Positions 13,640-26,733 of a stretch of 64,000 bases of DNA are shown one piece after another. The DNA comes from Sphyrna mokarran (Eukaryota). Numbering within the stretch: position 1 is the stretch's first letter; every line of letters starts with the position of its first letter. The notes beneath the pieces are model-generated. The model saw nothing but the letters and a program-made list of their open reading frames with translations, was not told the origin of the DNA and did not search any database. Location of the stretch: contig JAGIQG010000022.1 in assembly GCA_024679065.1 (NCBI GenBank), forward strand, positions 16,120,001 through 16,184,000. Direction: 5' to 3'. Made by a program: the position numbers and the translations under genes.

Positions 13640-16600
13640 TCCTCTTATTCTATCTCCTCAGCTTACACGAGTATAAAGGACTATTCCTTCAAGTTCTTGG
13701 CAGAAACTGTCTGACATAGAAACCCAACTCCTGCCAGTTATGCTTCATATTGCATTTGGGTGGAGAAAGTAATCTATGAGGCAGAGGTAGTAATCTTCCA
13801 GGTCTCACCAACGGGTCAACCACCTGTGTCTTGTTGAAGTCATTACATGCACCCTCTCCTCCCAAGGAACCTTGGTGGTTTGTGTACCTCACGGGTCTCT
13901 TGTGACATTTCAATGTTGGGTCTGTATCCTCCAACTTGGCATCTGATGCGGGAGAAGTTATCTAACAGATGCCTACATGTTTCTTACGTTACGAGTGCCG
14001 GAGTTCTAGTTTGCCCTTTCCCTACATGTGGCTTCATCTGCAGTATCCATTTCAGATTCCCAGGTCTTACCTATGGGTGACAGAGAGGCAGGGCTGGCCA
14101 ATCTGCAGGATTCTCCTTAGTTTTCTGCCTACTAGGCACAGTTGGCTCCGGGATGTACTATGATTTTGAGGTCTGCACCTGGTCCAGATGTTTTTTCAAG
14201 CTGGCCTCACCTAGACTCAACGTGCCATGTAACCAATCAAAACGATTTGTATAATTCTTTATCCAAATGTTTTCACTGGCCTCCAGTTGTCTCTCCCAGC
14301 TGCTACTGTTGTGGCCTTTGCATTGGGCTTTTTGTTGTTTTTCTGCTCCAACCTCCTCCTGTTTGGGAATAGCAAACTTAATCTGGTGCGGAATCATCTC
14401 AACATGAGCAATTCTGCGGGTGTTATTCCCGCAGTGGGTAGAGTTGTCTTCTAATGAAATAACCAATGGGAAATTTTGGTGTCCATAGATGCTGCTAGTT
14501 GTTTTTTAAACCAGCCTTTAAAGTCTGGACCGGTCTTTTCGCAAAGTAGTTCACTGACGGATGGTATGATGCTGACCTGATGAACCGGGTAAACTTCTGG
14601 CTGTTGAAAGCTGGTCCATTATCAGACATTAGCACTTCTGGGACTCCATGCGTCGAAAATGAGACACAAAGTTTCTCCACTGTTGTTATTGTGTTTGCCT
14701 AATGTATCCTATATATGTCCTTCCACTTGTAGTGGGCGTCTACAATGACCAAGAACATCAAATGGGCCTGCATAAACCATTTCAGCTGACTCCATGGTCT
14801 ACCTGACTATTCCCACAGGTGTAAGGGAGCTGCTGGTGGCAACTTCTGTCCTTGCTGGCATTCGCTGCGCCAACCTATAAGCATCACTATGTCTGCATTC
14901 ATTTCAGGCCACCAAATGTAGCTCATGGCCAGTATCTTCATTTTGGATACTGCTGGGTGGCCTTAATTTAGTTCAGCCAATACGGCATTGCAGCCTTGAT
15001 TCAGAACAATGACTCTTGCACCCCATAGCAGTACTTCATCTTCTATCTTGAGCTGCTCTCTTCTATTCAAATAAGGATGGAATTGGGACTGTACTAGCCT
15101 TTCCGTTTCCCCCGTCAGTACTAAATATTTAACTTCTGAGAAGACAGGGTCCTTTTGCGGCCGAAGATGTATATTGTGTGAAGCCACTGGGAGAATATCC
15201 AGAAAATTCATAGTCATTATTGTCTCTTCTATGTGGGATACTATTACGGAAAGTCCTCTAAATCATCTAAGGCATCTAAGTTAGCCGCTCGGCTTCCTGA
15301 CTGATCCTCCAATTGATAATTGTAAGCTGCCAATAATAATGCTCATCGCTGGATCCAAGCCTATGCTACCGGTGGCACTGCTTTGTCTTCTTAGTAGTCC
15401 TAGTAGCGGCTTGTGATTGGTGACAATTACAAATTTCTGCCTAAAAAAAGTATTGATGAAATTTCTTCACTCCAATTACTGCCAATTGTTCTTTTTCAAT
15501 GTGGGCATATTTTCTTTCTGCTATAGCTAAGCTCCTAGAGGCATATGCTTCTCAGCGTTCCTCTCCATTTGGCCATCTATGTGCTAATACTGCCCCGATG
15601 GTGTATAGAGATGCACCACAGATTAGTATAAAATCTTTTCTAGAATCAGAATGTTCTAAGACATTTGACAATGATAGTTGTTAGTTTATTTTGTTAAAAG
15701 CAAGGTCTTGAGGAGAGGACCCTTTTTTAGCAGTTACTGTAGCGGAAAATGGTTTGGTATGAATTTTCCACTGTACGTCACCTCTGTAAAAACGACCATA
15801 ACTCCTGCATGGAAGTGGGAGTGGGGCATCTATAATCACCCACATCCAGTCCTCCAAAGGGTGTAAACCTGACTTATTCATTTTGCAACCTAGATTGGTC
15901 ATTTGAGATACCACGAAGATGCATTTCTCCCTCCTTAAGAACGCGCTGGCTTTTGAAAAATGACAAGGACTTCCTCTCGGTTCTGCAGGTGTTCTACTGT
16001 TGTTTTACCTATAATAAGTATATCATTCAGATAAATGACCACCTGAGGTAAAACTTGTAATACGTTCTCCATTGTTCTCTGAAAAATCAAGCAGGCTTAT
16101 GACACTTCAGTGTATTGATCGTGGAATACTTTTGTAAATTCTCATCCAGCTGCAACTGTAAATAAATATGACACATATTTCGTTTCAAGAGAAAGAGTCT
16201 TGTGCATACAAATCCTCAATCCAAAAATCAGGTATTTGTCCAGCTGTGAATAACACTTTATTGTTTGAAGAGCATGCAAAGACAGACTGAGCCATTTGGC
16301 TTCAAAATAGGCACCACCAACGCTGCCCATTCCACAAGCTGGACAGATTTTATGATCCCTTTTCATTCTAGTCTTCTAATTTCTGTCTTCACTTTTTCCC
16401 TTAAAGCAAACAGTCCCGGGTGGGCTTTACAAAATCACGGATTGCATCCTCATTGACAAGTGATGCCGCTTTGGCATCTTTTATGGTTCTCAGTCCTTTT
16501 CTGAAAATTTCCAGGTATTTGAGTAAGACTTCATTTAAATGACCATTTTCTAACTGAAAGATGTTTACCCTATCCAGGTGGATTTCTCTCAACCAGTTTC

Positions 16601-18011
16601 ACCCTATTAGGCTGGGATTCCAAGTCCTCCACTACCATTAATGGTAACCAAACTAGTACTTTTCTTAAGAGACAGGAACAAAGGTTGTACCCACAATCTC
16701 AGAGGTTTCCTTGTGCAAGTCCTCAGTCTTACCGAAATCTTAATTATAGTTAAGGGTTGGAGTCCAGTGCAAACTTCATTTAACACTGATTTGCTGACCA
16801 CCAATACAGCTGCATCTGTGTCAACCTCCATTAATACTGGACATCCATTTAATGTTACGGTTGTCTTAATTGTGTCCAATTTGGACATTGCTGTGCAGTT
16901 TAATTGTTGCCCATTGTATGTGGGTGGACTTTCCAGGGTGTGTGCTCTCCTGGACACTGGCCTACATGTTGTTTTCTTAGGTCTTGAAAACTTATGTTGC
17001 TATTCCAACTCGGCATACTAGCAACAGTTACAATGCCTCGCCGGGTGGGATTCTGAAGGGACTGTTGACTGGTCAAAGATTGGGTTTGCTTTGGAGCTGT
17101 CCTGCGACAGACCTGGGTTCACCTGTAACCAGATCCTTCCTGAGGGAGACTATGTACCAGGCAGGCTTTGCGCTCATGTGGTGGTCCCTGTACTCAGTCA
17201 AGTTGGCGCGGGTGTTCACTTTCATCAGGATATCTTGCAACTCATATACCCTACTTGCCGCATTTTCCAACCACAAGGCCATGCGTAGCACCTGTCTAAA
17301 GCCCAGGTGGGCTTCTGTCAATAGTATTTTTGGATAGTTACATTATTTATTCCACATACCCAAATTCACAAGATTCTGCCAGTTGTCTCAACTGTGCTAA
17401 GGAACCTGTGATAGACTCCCCCTTCTCCAGGATTGCCAAGTAAAATCGATACTATCTCAGGACCAGAGATGGCTTAGGGTCATAATATGCCCTCACTAAG
17501 TCTACCAATTCCTGGAAAGTTTTGATATCTGGTGCAACTAGGAAAGTTAAGCTGCAAATAATGGCAAATGCTGATAGTCTGTAAGTGGTCAGAAGAATAA
17601 ACCATTGCTTTTCATCTGCCACAATGTCATGAACCCTAAAACATAACACGAATGCATTCAACATATGCCCAGTCCTCCACAGCAGGGTCAAGGGTCCAGT
17701 TTCCCAAACAGAGACACGATATTTGAAAATGGCTTACCCCTACGCAAAGCCAGCTGTTTGTGAACAAATCCCTTAAGGTCATTATTTCTCCCCATTGCCA
17801 GTAAAGTAACTCCCCAGAAAACGGTGTCCCTTTATCAGATTCCTTTTATTTACAAATTCTATTCCATTCCCAGAGTACTTCTGATACACAGTCAGAATCC
17901 GGAGTGCAAAAAGACCTGACACTCTAGGTGAGGCTTTCTGATTGGGCAGGCAAAATCAGGGAGTTAATGCTCCAAGAGGTCAACCTTATGTGCCTCGTTG
18001 AAGTCATTACA
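13640..18011 (-). mobile_element. Decayed Ty3/Gypsy LTR retrotransposon
   Basis: Ordered broken frames: gag (17452-17691), protease MEVDTDAA (16607-16957), RT/RNase H, integrase (GVPEVLMSDNGPAF...ASYHPSVN, 14495-14680); TGTAATGACTTCAAC opens both LTRs (18011 and 13847); PBS-like TGGCAATGGG (17791-17800); purine tract next to 13847. Left boundary approximate. Confidence 0.9.
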
Positions 18012-18039
18012 GAGGGGTTTTGGTTTTGTTCACAATAGG

Positions 18040-18900
18040 AAAATTGTCAGCAGTGATAAGACTGCTAGTCCTTTTGGGCTCAGTAATGCACCGATAGTAG
18101 TAGGTCCAACATCAGAAGCTAGAAAGGGCAGTTCATCTCAATGTGGTTCTGACAAGCCACTGTAAGCAGCCAGTAACTGGTTAGCATGGTGTCTTCAAAT
18201 CAATTCATCCTTGGTTTGGACCATGTCCTGTTTGAGCGAAGACAAATACAGGAATCCACTTTCTACGTGTAGTAAAGCTTGTACAACATGTGCTTCCCTT
18301 TGTGAAACAAGTGTCATTTAGCACTCACTTATCTCCTGGCTATTTGCAACTGTTGGTTTTGCTCTACTGTTGCTGATGTCTCTCGGGGTATTAAAAGATC
18401 AAATGTCGTTCTCAGCTTCCTCTTCATGAATAACACGGGGGTTGATTCTGCGTGGTCATATGTAGTATTTTTTAGGATACCAGAAAGCTATTAAGATGTC
18501 GAGATAATGATTCTTGGTCTTGAGAAATTTTCAATCCATTTTTCAGGGATTGCACAAATCATTTTAGATTTAAATGAATTAAGACATTAAACTACTGCAA
18601 AGCTTTCTTCACTGCCATATATGCTTCCTTGCATTTGAGTATCCAATGCCAAGACTGATTAATGCAGAATAGTTTATGTAATCGTTTCAACAAGGTGACG
18701 AATTTACTATAACAGTTGACTAGACTTAAAAATGGCCTACTGCATAACATTCTTTGGATGTGGAGCTTCCATGATGGTTTCCAGCTTCTTTGGTGCTTTA
18801 TGTAGTCCTTTGTTATTGATAAGTTGGACCATGTATTCAAGAAACTCAATTCAGGTAGGGATATTATTGATTTCATTCCCTTGAGTGAGTTATTCATTTC
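18040..18900 (-). mobile_element. Separate Gypsy pol fragment
   Basis: ORF 18592-18897 FLSLVNCYSKFV.TLL..LHKL...WHW...C.EAY...KKAL resembles the RT-RNase H connection; lies outside the LTR at 18011. Confidence 0.65.
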
Positions 18901-19073
18901 ACATTCTTTTCAAATTCTTCCAATATATCTCTTATAGGAGTGACCAAAAAAATTTCAAAAACTAAGTTCACTATATCACTTAAACGGAAGTTATTTTTAA
19001 AAACAAACATTATTTAGACATTTAAATGTTCTGCTGGATTAGCATAGTTCAAAGCTACTTATCATTAACTTAC

Positions 19074-19177
19074 AACAGGGCTTTGAGCCAAGGCAATATC
19101 AGTCTTTCGATAGCCAACCAAATATACCGAAATGGACACTGTTCCTTTTCGCTTGTAAACTATAACCATGCGATGGC
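19074..19177 (-). CDS. NUP210L: NUP210-like exon 12/20
   Basis: GHRMVIVYKRKGTVSISVYLVGYRKTDIALAQSPV; aacag / gtaagt; 104 nt. Confidence 0.87.
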
Positions 19178-20838
19178 CTGTTGGTCAAAATGAATGCACT
19201 ATAGTAAATCTTTGAATATAATATGGGTTCAATTTGGGCTGTGAAACTTAGGAAAGTTATTATCATATACACTCCTGTTTTTGAATTTCTTTAGTAAAGA
19301 ATATTATAATGTTGGACTAGATTTTCATTCTACAATCATGAACGTGGAATTACTAGAGCAATATTCCAGAAACTATTGCTAAGGAAACAGTTGAATAAGC
19401 AGTCGCTGGAAGCACTGTCCTATTAAAGATAGCAGGTAGGCTCCTGAGGCTGGAAGGTCAATTGAAGATCCTTGAGAACTGTCAAAGATGGGAGCTGTTG
19501 ACATAGCTAGGAAAAAGGAGCCCCTCAAGATGGAGGTTCCCGCTGAAGATAAAATAAGAAGTGGCCACAACTGCCAAACCATTACTGTCGAAGGCAAACT
19601 TGTCTAAAGGACTGACTGCAACAGCAACTGTGTCCATCTCACAATCACGGTCACAATTGGCTGGGGTGGGGTAGCAATGCTAGGAGTGTGGCCCCTGGTC
19701 TACGGTTGGGAGGCAGCCTTCATTCGTCAACCTAAGTGCAAGGGGTTCAACTGTCAACTGGAAAACTTTAGTCACTATCTACACAGTGGCCTCATAGGCA
19801 CTGTAAAGGGCATAAGTGGCTACCTGGCACTTGCTGTCAAACTCGCACTATTCCGCTGCCTGAAGAAGCTTCTTTGAAAATGGCCCCAAAGTAAGAACAT
19901 GCTTGCAAATCGGTGCTTCAGCTGGCAGGAAGGAATCGCTGTGTGCTTATCCTGCTGAGATCTCATTACAATATATTTCAATGAAAAAGTTTCCAAAACC
20001 AGTGATTGCAGACCCACGTTCCAAAAGTAATTTAAGACAAAGAAAGAGGCATGTCTTTTGCCAAAATTTATTGATATTGTCAAGAGTGCTTTAGTGTCTG
20101 TAATCTGAAGCTAAAAAACATGATTTTTGAAGTTACAAGAGCTTTTGAAGCATTTTCATCACGTTGTGTCTCGGCAGTTTTAACTTCCCTCTGACAGCCC
20201 AAGAGACTGTACCATTGGGAATGTTTTCTCTCCAGCCAACAATGTTCCAATAAATTTATGATATTTCCAAAAGACATGCTCTTATTCCCTATTTTAGAAC
20301 AGTATGAAGAGAAATTATGCTTAATGTAGGAAACGGTATTTAAAGATCTTCCCCATTAGAAAACACTCTTTTACAAAGTCGGCAGAGTTTTGCTGTGTGT
20401 AAAATGGGCTGTTTAAGTCTGTCCTACCATGTCTTTACCTCATTGATAAAAATTATGAAACTCATTTGTTGTCACACTGTTGTTAACAGACATTCTGATA
20501 TTCCATTAAACCCTTCACATTGGGCCTGAATTTCCATGGAATGGCAATCGGAGTCAGTTTGCGACTCCACTCCCTGTTTATTATTCTGAAGTACAGCTGC
20601 TCTTTCACGCTCAATTTTCAACTCACCCAGGTGGGAACTGCTTAATGCAGAGCCCTCCTGAGGCCTTGCGTTGAGGGCTAGGGAGGTGGAGGTAAAGAGG
20701 TCTCGCACATTTTTTTATGGCACTGGCCACGAAGTTCATTTGAAGGGCCATCCACTTTCAGAAGCCACGGAAAGCGTTCCGGTGGATATCCCCAGTGGCT
20801 GGCTGAAGGGAGGCAGGGAAGAGGGGGCGAGAGCAGTT

Positions 20839-20914
20839 AGAGAGAGAGAGTGTGTGTGTGTGTGTGTGCGTGTGTGTGTGTGGGGGGGGGGGGGGGGGGG
20901 GCGCGCGCGCGCGC
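20839..20914. repeat. Compound microsatellite (AG)6(TG)16 G20 (GC)7
   Basis: Directly visible. Confidence 0.95.
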
Positions 20915-21201
20915 TGCTGTGTGGTGCAGTACTATAGTTAAGCAGGAGTTAGTGGTTTTAGTTCTTCAAACACTTCCTGCTGCAATCAGAACCATATGAT
21001 GTTTGCAACTTATGTTGCACTTTTGGATGGTTCTGATTGCAGGGCAATTGCCTAAATGAAGTTTGATCTTCAAGGACAATTGTTACGTGGAAACCTCTGA
21101 GGGTGGGAGAGTATCATTGGGGTAATCCCAGCTAACTGGAACTCAAAGGTTTTAGGCCAGTATCTTTACATTTTTGAGTGGTTGTACTCAGTATACATCA
21201 C

Positions 21202-21394
21202 CATGCAACCTCCTCTGTCCACTCCCATGATCCCTTAAGAACATTTCCATCTGTACTGCTGGATGAAAGCTGCCCAGAGAGAAGTTGGATGATTTCCAAT
21301 TAATCTGCAGTGATGTAAAGTTATCAAATTTTCGACCATATTGATCATATGCTGTCAACTCCAAAATGGTATTCCTGCAGAAAGAAACGGGTAC
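21202..21394 (-). CDS. NUP210L: NUP210-like exon 11/20
   Basis: VPVSFCRNTILELTAYDQYGRKFDNFTSL...GSGQRRLH; aatag / gtgatg; 193 nt. Confidence 0.93.
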
Positions 21395-21779
21395 CTATTC
21401 AAACAAAGAAACCACAAGTAAATGTTAAGGTATCACCTAAAAAACACTTGTAGTCCTTTAGTAAAATTTTGAAGTAAAGTTGATTATTTAGAATTTCTCT
21501 AAAAAATTTGAAAAAAATAAACTTACAATTAGAAAAAAATATGAAACTAAAATATTAGATGAAAACGTCATGACAGTTTTATAAGAACAGATTTGCATAA
21601 AATGTTTTAATTGAATCAAATGGAGTAATTGCTTAATTTTACCCATTTAATGTACAACATTTAAATGTCATTGAACATAAGCTGTGGTGGCATTGCATTT
21701 GTTAAATAAAATACTGGCTGCTAAATTAAAACTACCAGGTTTTTGGTGTGTAAGTAATTTTCAAACATAATGCTTCAAG

Positions 21780-22032
21780 TTTTTAAAGTTTATTTATTAG
21801 TGTCACAAGTAGGCTTACACGAACAGCACAATGAAGTTACTGTGAAAATCACAAGTTGCCACTCTGAAGCCTGTTTGAGTCCCACAGTGTCATGGGAGAA
21901 AACCGGAGCACCCAGGGGAAACTCATGCAGACAAAGGGAGAATGTGAAGACTCTGCAAAGACAGTGACCCAAGTTGGGAACTGAACCTGGGTCCCTGGTG
22001 CTATGAGGCAACAGCACTAACCACTGTGCCAC
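21780..22032 (-). mobile_element. V-SINE (HE1-like tRNA-derived SINE)
   Basis: A box gtggcacagtgg, B box ggttcagttccc, V-domain cacattctccc...gagtttcc. Confidence 0.85.
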
Positions 22033-22386
22033 TCTAATGAATGGATATTAAAAGACATACTGCTGGTATGAAAATTATACAAGATCTTTGGAATTTCTAT
22101 TCAACAGTGAATAGTATTCTGTCCAAAATTTTGCTTAAAGGTTTCCAATTTTCCTACTATAATTTTAGATGCAAACAATCAAAATTTACACTAAATCTAA
22201 TTTTGTTGAAATCAGTTTGTAGATAATCCACTAAAATTATTGAAATATATGGATATATCAACCAGTGCTCCTTACAGACTGTCTTGATACTGCAAATTCT
22301 ATCCCATACAATTATAGACTTCAATTTATATTAATTACATGGAACCTTTCAATTGTGTTGTTTATATAATCTTATATTTAGTTCTA

Positions 22387-22644
<258 letters not shown>

Positions 22645-23159
22645 CTAAGGAGGAAAAAATAAAATGACAAAGTTGAGAAAAAAGTTTACACACAAAACGT
22701 ATTCACTTTATCCAGAAAAGAATGACCAAGAAAACTTCAATTATTTTTTGTGCTGATTTAATCATTCTAAAAATCTCAACGTTCAAAAACTTATTTACAG
22801 TTCCAGTTTTATCATTATAAAACTTTGAACTACTGTTTTCACAAGTTTTAAGAATGGATGATGAAACACATGGGGCAGAATTTTACGCTGTCCTGGAAGC
22901 GTGTTGGCAAACAGATGTAAAATTGGTGAACTGCCATGGGGACAGTTCATAATGCCTCCTTGGCTATCTTCATCTCACGGTAATTTCATGAGGAGCAGGA
23001 GAGATGTTTGGTAGTCCACTAGTGTTTGAGCTAGTTGAGATCCTTAATTGATCAACTGAAGGCAACTTAAGGGTCTCTTTTACAACAACTGCCACCCCAT
23101 GTTTTTCTTTCTTTCTGACCTGTTGAAGGGTCACAAAAAAAAGTCAACTTTCTTCATGA

Positions 23160-23728
23160 AGCCCTCCATATGGATGCTATAGTTAAGAAAGCCCACCAAC
23201 ACCTCTACTCTCTCAGAAGGCTAAGGAAATTTGGCATGTCTGCTACAACTCTCACCATAGAAAGCATTTGTTTTGGTCATATCGCAGCTTGGTATGACTC
23301 TTGCTCTGTCCAAAACCTCAAGAAACTACAAAGGGTCATGAATGAAGCCCAGTCCATCACTCAAACCTGCCTCCGATCCATTGATACTGTCTACACTTCC
23401 TGCTGCCTTGGAAAAGCAGCCAACATAATCAAAGATCCCTTGCACCCCAGACATTCTCTCTTCCACCTTCTTCCATCGGGAAAAAGATACAAAACTCTGA
23501 GATCACATATCAACTGACTCAAAAACAGCTTACTACCTGCTGCCATCAGACGTTTGACTGGACTTCCTCACATGAAGTTGATCTTTCTTTACACCCTAGG
23601 TATGACTGTAACACTACATTCTGCACTCTCTTCTTTCCTTCTCTATGAATAGAACACTTTGTCTGTATACCGCGCAACAATACTTCTCACTGTATCCTAA
23701 TACATGTGACAATAATAAATCAAATCAA
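23160..23728 (+). mobile_element. Rex1/Babar-type LINE 3' end
   Basis: KKAHQHLYSLRRLRKFG...LFHLLPSGKRY; tail aataaatcaaatcaa. Confidence 0.85.
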
Positions 23729-24349
23729 GATAGTAAAATGCCCATAAACCATTATGGTCGTCAGTGCATGCACATTATGGCAGTTAACAAAATAATGCAC
23801 CTAACCTGTCCATAGAGCACGTGTTAGGTGCAACAGTCATGCTAAATTGCCCCTTAGTAAATGGGATGTGTAGGTTAGAGGATTAGCAGGGTAAAAGTGT
23901 GGAGTTATGGGGATAGGACCTAAGTGAGACTATGTTTAATGTAGACTTGCTAGCTGAATGGCCTCTTTCAGCACTGTAGGGATCCTATGATTCTGATTCA
24001 CAATTATTCACCTAAAGTGATTAATACATGCATATTCATAGATTGTGATTTGTATATCAAATGCTGAGAAAACGCAGCAAGACTGACTGAATCTGTGCTT
24101 CTGTCTTCGTAATTACTGCCAGATCTGTTAGGTTTTTCCAGCATATTCTATTCTTACTATATTAAATTAACTTAGGTTGGGTTTGGTATTGGGGAATGGT
24201 AGGCAATCCGGAACTGCTTCATAGAAGCCTGTGCAAAACAACGTCATAACCACCTCTAAACATATTAATGAAAGTTAAAAATCCTTGCCAAAGCTATGGA
24301 AGGATGAATCTAATAAACTTAACTCATTAAACAGCCCAACTGACTCCAC

Positions 24350-24605
24350 TGTTTATAAATAGACAGGGCATGCCCCCGTTTATAAATGAGGATGAAGTAG
24401 AAATGATCAAGAGCTTCAAGTTTTTGGGTGTCCAGATCACCAACAAGCTGTTCTCATCCCTCTATGTGGATGCTATAGTTAAGAAAGCCCACCAAGCCGC
24501 TACTTTCTCAGATGGCTAAGGAAATCTGGCATGTCAGCTACAACTCTCACTAACTTCTGCGGATGCATCATACAAAGCTTGGTAAGGCTCCTGCTTTGTC
24601 CAAGA
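24350..24605 (+). mobile_element. Rex1/Babar internal fragment
   Basis: Shares gatgctatagttaagaaagcccaccaa with the 23160 copy. Confidence 0.7.
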
Positions 24606-26084
24606 CCATATATCAAGTTTTGAAAATAGTATGATCAACAGGAAATGAAGGGAGCAGGGCCTGGACGGCCCAATCAGGTAGGGAGAGGGCCCACTGCCAC
24701 TGTAGAGATTGATGGGTGTAGGAGACACAATTGGTCTAGGTGCGGCAGGGGAGGTGTGGGGCACAGTATTTCCAGGCAATGTGGGGCTCATGATCAGTCA
24801 CGACTCCTGTCATAACTGGGAGATGGGTTGGTTGAGGCCAACTGCAGCAGTAGAGGCCTGATAGATCTCTCAGAGCTGTCAGGACTTTGCTATTGTGCAA
24901 ATGTAGCCACAGAGGTCTGAACATGCGCAATTGCTCCCACTGCTGATACTATAACAGAGTTAGAACCATCCGAACTTTTAAATTTAAATCACATCTTCAG
25001 ATTCTGGGCAGCTTGGAAAACTCCTGGGGAAGGAATGAATAAGGTTGATGATGGTCCCGCTGCACATCAGTAGGATGTCCCTCAGAAACACTGTCCTGGA
25101 GTTTGGAAATATGGACCAAAACTCAGCAGTCATCCATACCAGCCAGATTCTCCAATTCCACTGGCAGTGCATCGTAACTCATTGGTTTTGTGGCCACGTA
25201 GGGTGACATCAATGGAAAATCCCATTGACAGCAGTGGAACCAGAGGATCCCACCACTGGCAAGTAGCATGCCGCTTTCCAGTGCTAGGAAAAATGAAGTT
25301 TAGTGGCTGGAGAATCTTGTCCATGGCCTTTAATTTTAAAACCTGCAAAATCACAAGAGATTGTAAACAATTATACTTTAAATCTCCTCTATCTTTGCTT
25401 CCATCTGAAAGTTCCATTATCCTTTACAAGATATCCAGGATTCATTCACTTCTCTGGGACCAAAATAAAGTATGCCACAGCCCTCAATTCTCTTTAATGT
25501 TTCAGCTGTGCTTCAAGACTTGCAATTTCACTCAGATGAAGGGATCCTTCATTTCAGATAGGCAACCCTCCAATACTTCTTCAATACCTTATGATTGTGT
25601 ACTCCTCAGTTAAAACATGGGCTCCATTCAAAATTCTGGCCGAGTGACTTCAAATCACGAAACACTTTTGGGTTCTGCTACTGGTTCCACTTAGTTTAAA
25701 ATGCACCTTGCTAGCAGTGTTCAACTATCTGAAATCAGCGACTTTTAAGCACAAACTAACACTTTTGGAAAGAATCATAAAATAAACGCGAAACAAAAGC
25801 ATCCCTGCATAACCAACCTATTTCCATGGCAATGTAGCACACCTAGTATGTTTGAGACAGAAATTTAAACCAAATATTTTCAATTTTCCTTTTATTATAG
25901 ATAACCATATGAATAATATAAATTCTTTAAGACAGTTGTACACATCCCACATCCATCAGAAAATTCAGAGAATATCTACTGTTTAGTGTCCAACAGTTCC
26001 ATTATGAACTTTGTAAATAAACATGGACCACCCTTAATTTGTAAGTAGTCACAGTTTATGTGTTAACTCTCAAACCAGATTTAA

Positions 26085-26352
26085 ATTTTAAGGTTTATTT
26101 ATTAGTCTCACAAATAGGCTTACATTAACACTGCAATGAAATTACTGTGAAAATCCTCTAGTCGCCACACTCCAGCACCTGTTCGGGTACAGTGAGGGAG
26201 AATTCAACATGGTCAATGCACCTAACCAGCATGTCTTTTGGACTGTGGGAGGAAACCAGAACACCCAGAGGAAATGCATGTAGACACAGGGAGAACATGC
26301 AGACTCCGCACAGATAGTGTCCCAAGCCGGGAACCAAACACAAGTCCCAGGT
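26085..26352 (-). mobile_element. V-SINE copy
   Basis: Same V-domain and 3' tail as 21780-22032. Confidence 0.82.
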
Positions 26353-26511
26353 GTTCTTTCTTTTATTTTGTATTTAAAATTGCAATTTCCAAACTTAGAA
26401 GTTATATTGATAAACCATACAAATCATCAAATCAGATACATGTAATACTGTGATTCTCTTAATAATACCAAAAATCTGAACTTTACATAATTCCTGCAAA
26501 AAGTCTCTTAC

Positions 26512-26733
26512 CTGTTCTCCCAAAGTTACACAAGTGACTCTAAACCCATGTTGATTTTTCTTTTTCACAAATGGGGCCCATTGTTGTTGGATTATTATTC
26601 TGTCCCTCTTTTCACCACTCAAATCTGTGAAGAACCCTGATGGCTCCAACACCCAAGGTCTCGGACCCCCTTCGAACAGCATTTCTTTTGAAGAAGTCAG
26701 TGTGACTATGGCAACAGCAACAGGATCAATAGC
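26512..26733 (-). CDS. NUP210L: NUP210-like exon 9/20
   Basis: AIDPVAVAIVTLTSSKEMLFEGGPRPWVLEPS...VTCVTLGEQ; gccag / gtaaga; 222 nt. Confidence 0.95.

Noticed and set aside
19980-20300. Possible Crypton-like recombinase remnant
   Set aside because: Resemblance too faint to support without a profile search.
21960-22032. tRNA-like A and B boxes
   Set aside because: Head of a V-SINE, not a tRNA gene.
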